A DNA stretch of 64,000 nucleotides from Neocallimastix sp. 'constans' (Eukaryota): contig JBODTK010000142.1 in the NCBI GenBank assembly GCA_050613775.1, positions 248,001-312,000 of the forward strand, in the 5' to 3' direction. The translations under genes were made by a program, and so were the position numbers. Positions within the stretch are counted from its first letter, which is position 1. Every line of letters starts with the position of its first letter. The notes beneath the pieces were generated by a model. That model saw nothing but the letters and a program-made list of their open reading frames with translations, did not search any database and had not been told where the DNA came from. Shown here one piece after another: positions 62,573 to 64,000 of this stretch.

Positions 62573-63499
62573 ATGAATTTTCAACAAAATCCAATGGGAC
62601 AAATGCAGAACACAAATGTCCCAGTTAATTCAAATTCGACAATGACTACTGCACAATTACAACAACAGTACCATCAGCAAATGAAAATGCAAGCTTATGT
62701 TGCAAAACAAGAACATGGAAAAAAAGAATTAGAAGCAACTAGAAAAGAAGAAGGTTTTTCTTTAATATATAATGTTGACGGAAATAATCCTGTCAGTAAT
62801 TTATCAACTGTAAATGCACCTGAATCTGACGAAAAATTAATTGAAGTTAAAGAAATATTACATAATAAATTTAACGAAACTAATGATAAAACACTAAAAA
62901 ACAATTTTCCAACATCTTCAGCATCACAAATACAAATACCAACAATAACAATATCTACACCTTCAGAAAGTTCAACTTCCTCAAATGATAAAGTAAAGCA
63001 ATCTTCTGAAAAAAATGCAACTACTAAAAATGTAAATGATAAAAAACAAAATCATGAACATAGAAAAAGTCATAGATTATCAAGTCATGGTCACAGGCTT
63101 TCAAGTCATGGTCATAGATTATCAAGTCATGGTCATAGACTTTCTAGTCATAGATTATCAAAACATAGACATTCTAGAAGTTCAATTGATGAAAAACGTC
63201 AACATCATAGAAGTCATTTAGGTTCTTCATCCAAAGCTGAGGAAAGTGATAAAGAACATAGTGAAAAAGCAACTAAATCATTAAATGTAAGTAGTCATGA
63301 GCATCGTAAAAGTAGAAGAGTTTCAAGATTAAGAGATTCAGAAAGAAGACATAGTCATCATCATAGACCTAAAAGTCACCATTATGGAAATGAAAGTATT
63401 GCTAGTGCAGAATCACATACAACTGATGGAAATAAATCAAAAAGTGAAGGGGATGTTAAATTTCCTCCAAGATATAGTTCACATGTCAATCCAGATAAT
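62573..63499 (+). CDS. First exon of a hypothetical low-complexity Q/S/H-rich protein
   Basis: Long ORF with coding-like composition, HRLSSH(G) repeats and a probable donor GTAAAT at 63500. Downstream exons were not resolved. Confidence 0.7.
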
Positions 63500-63592
63500 G
63501 TAAATATAAATATATATAATTATAATAAAAAATTTATATATTGTAAATATAATTTTATTTTTTACTAATACTTATTTAAATATTTTTTTAAT

Positions 63593-63646
<54 letters not shown>

Positions 63647-64000
63647 AATTACGAAAATTATTTAACGAACTTTTTAATAAATATAAAAGTATGTTGATAT
63701 TAATTTATTGAGTCGAAGTGAATGTGCTCGAAAAACAGTATCAGATATTATTGAAGGAAATAATTTTAACTATGATAATTTAAATAAAACAAAACTTAAT
63801 GTGATAGGATTTAGAATAATTAACAGTGATCCATCTCTACATTCCACATCAGTTCATATTATAAAAGTTCCTAAACATTCATCTCTTGAGTGTAAAACTA
63901 GTAGTATTGTTTTAAAGTCATCAACTATTAATACCCATGAAAATAAAGATAATATTTATATTAATTTATTAAAAGTAAGAGTTAATCCAAAAGAAGAAGA

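Overview
Extremely AT-rich, intron-containing eukaryotic DNA with long homopolymers and microsatellites. Composition and gene content best fit an anaerobic gut fungus (Neocallimastigomycota); this is an inference. Genes in order: 14-3-3 (+, with a GC-AG intron and a 12-nt microexon), proteasome alpha-7 subunit (-), a class-C-like 7TM receptor with a beta-helix/EGF ectodomain (-), an RGS protein (+), an unknown single-TM protein (+), a bacterial-type AlkD glycosylase with introns and a basic N-terminal extension (-), Bud6/Aip3 (+), and the start of a His/Ser-rich protein (+). Mobile DNA: a ~7 kb co-oriented nest of 5'-truncated RTE-like LINEs with readable target-site duplications, and a decayed Ty1/copia element that may contain a second element. 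The most unexplained feature is an isolated ~430-nt GC-elevated non-coding island (51880-52310) dense in helices, whose G-U pairs point to a minus-strand structured RNA of unassigned family.
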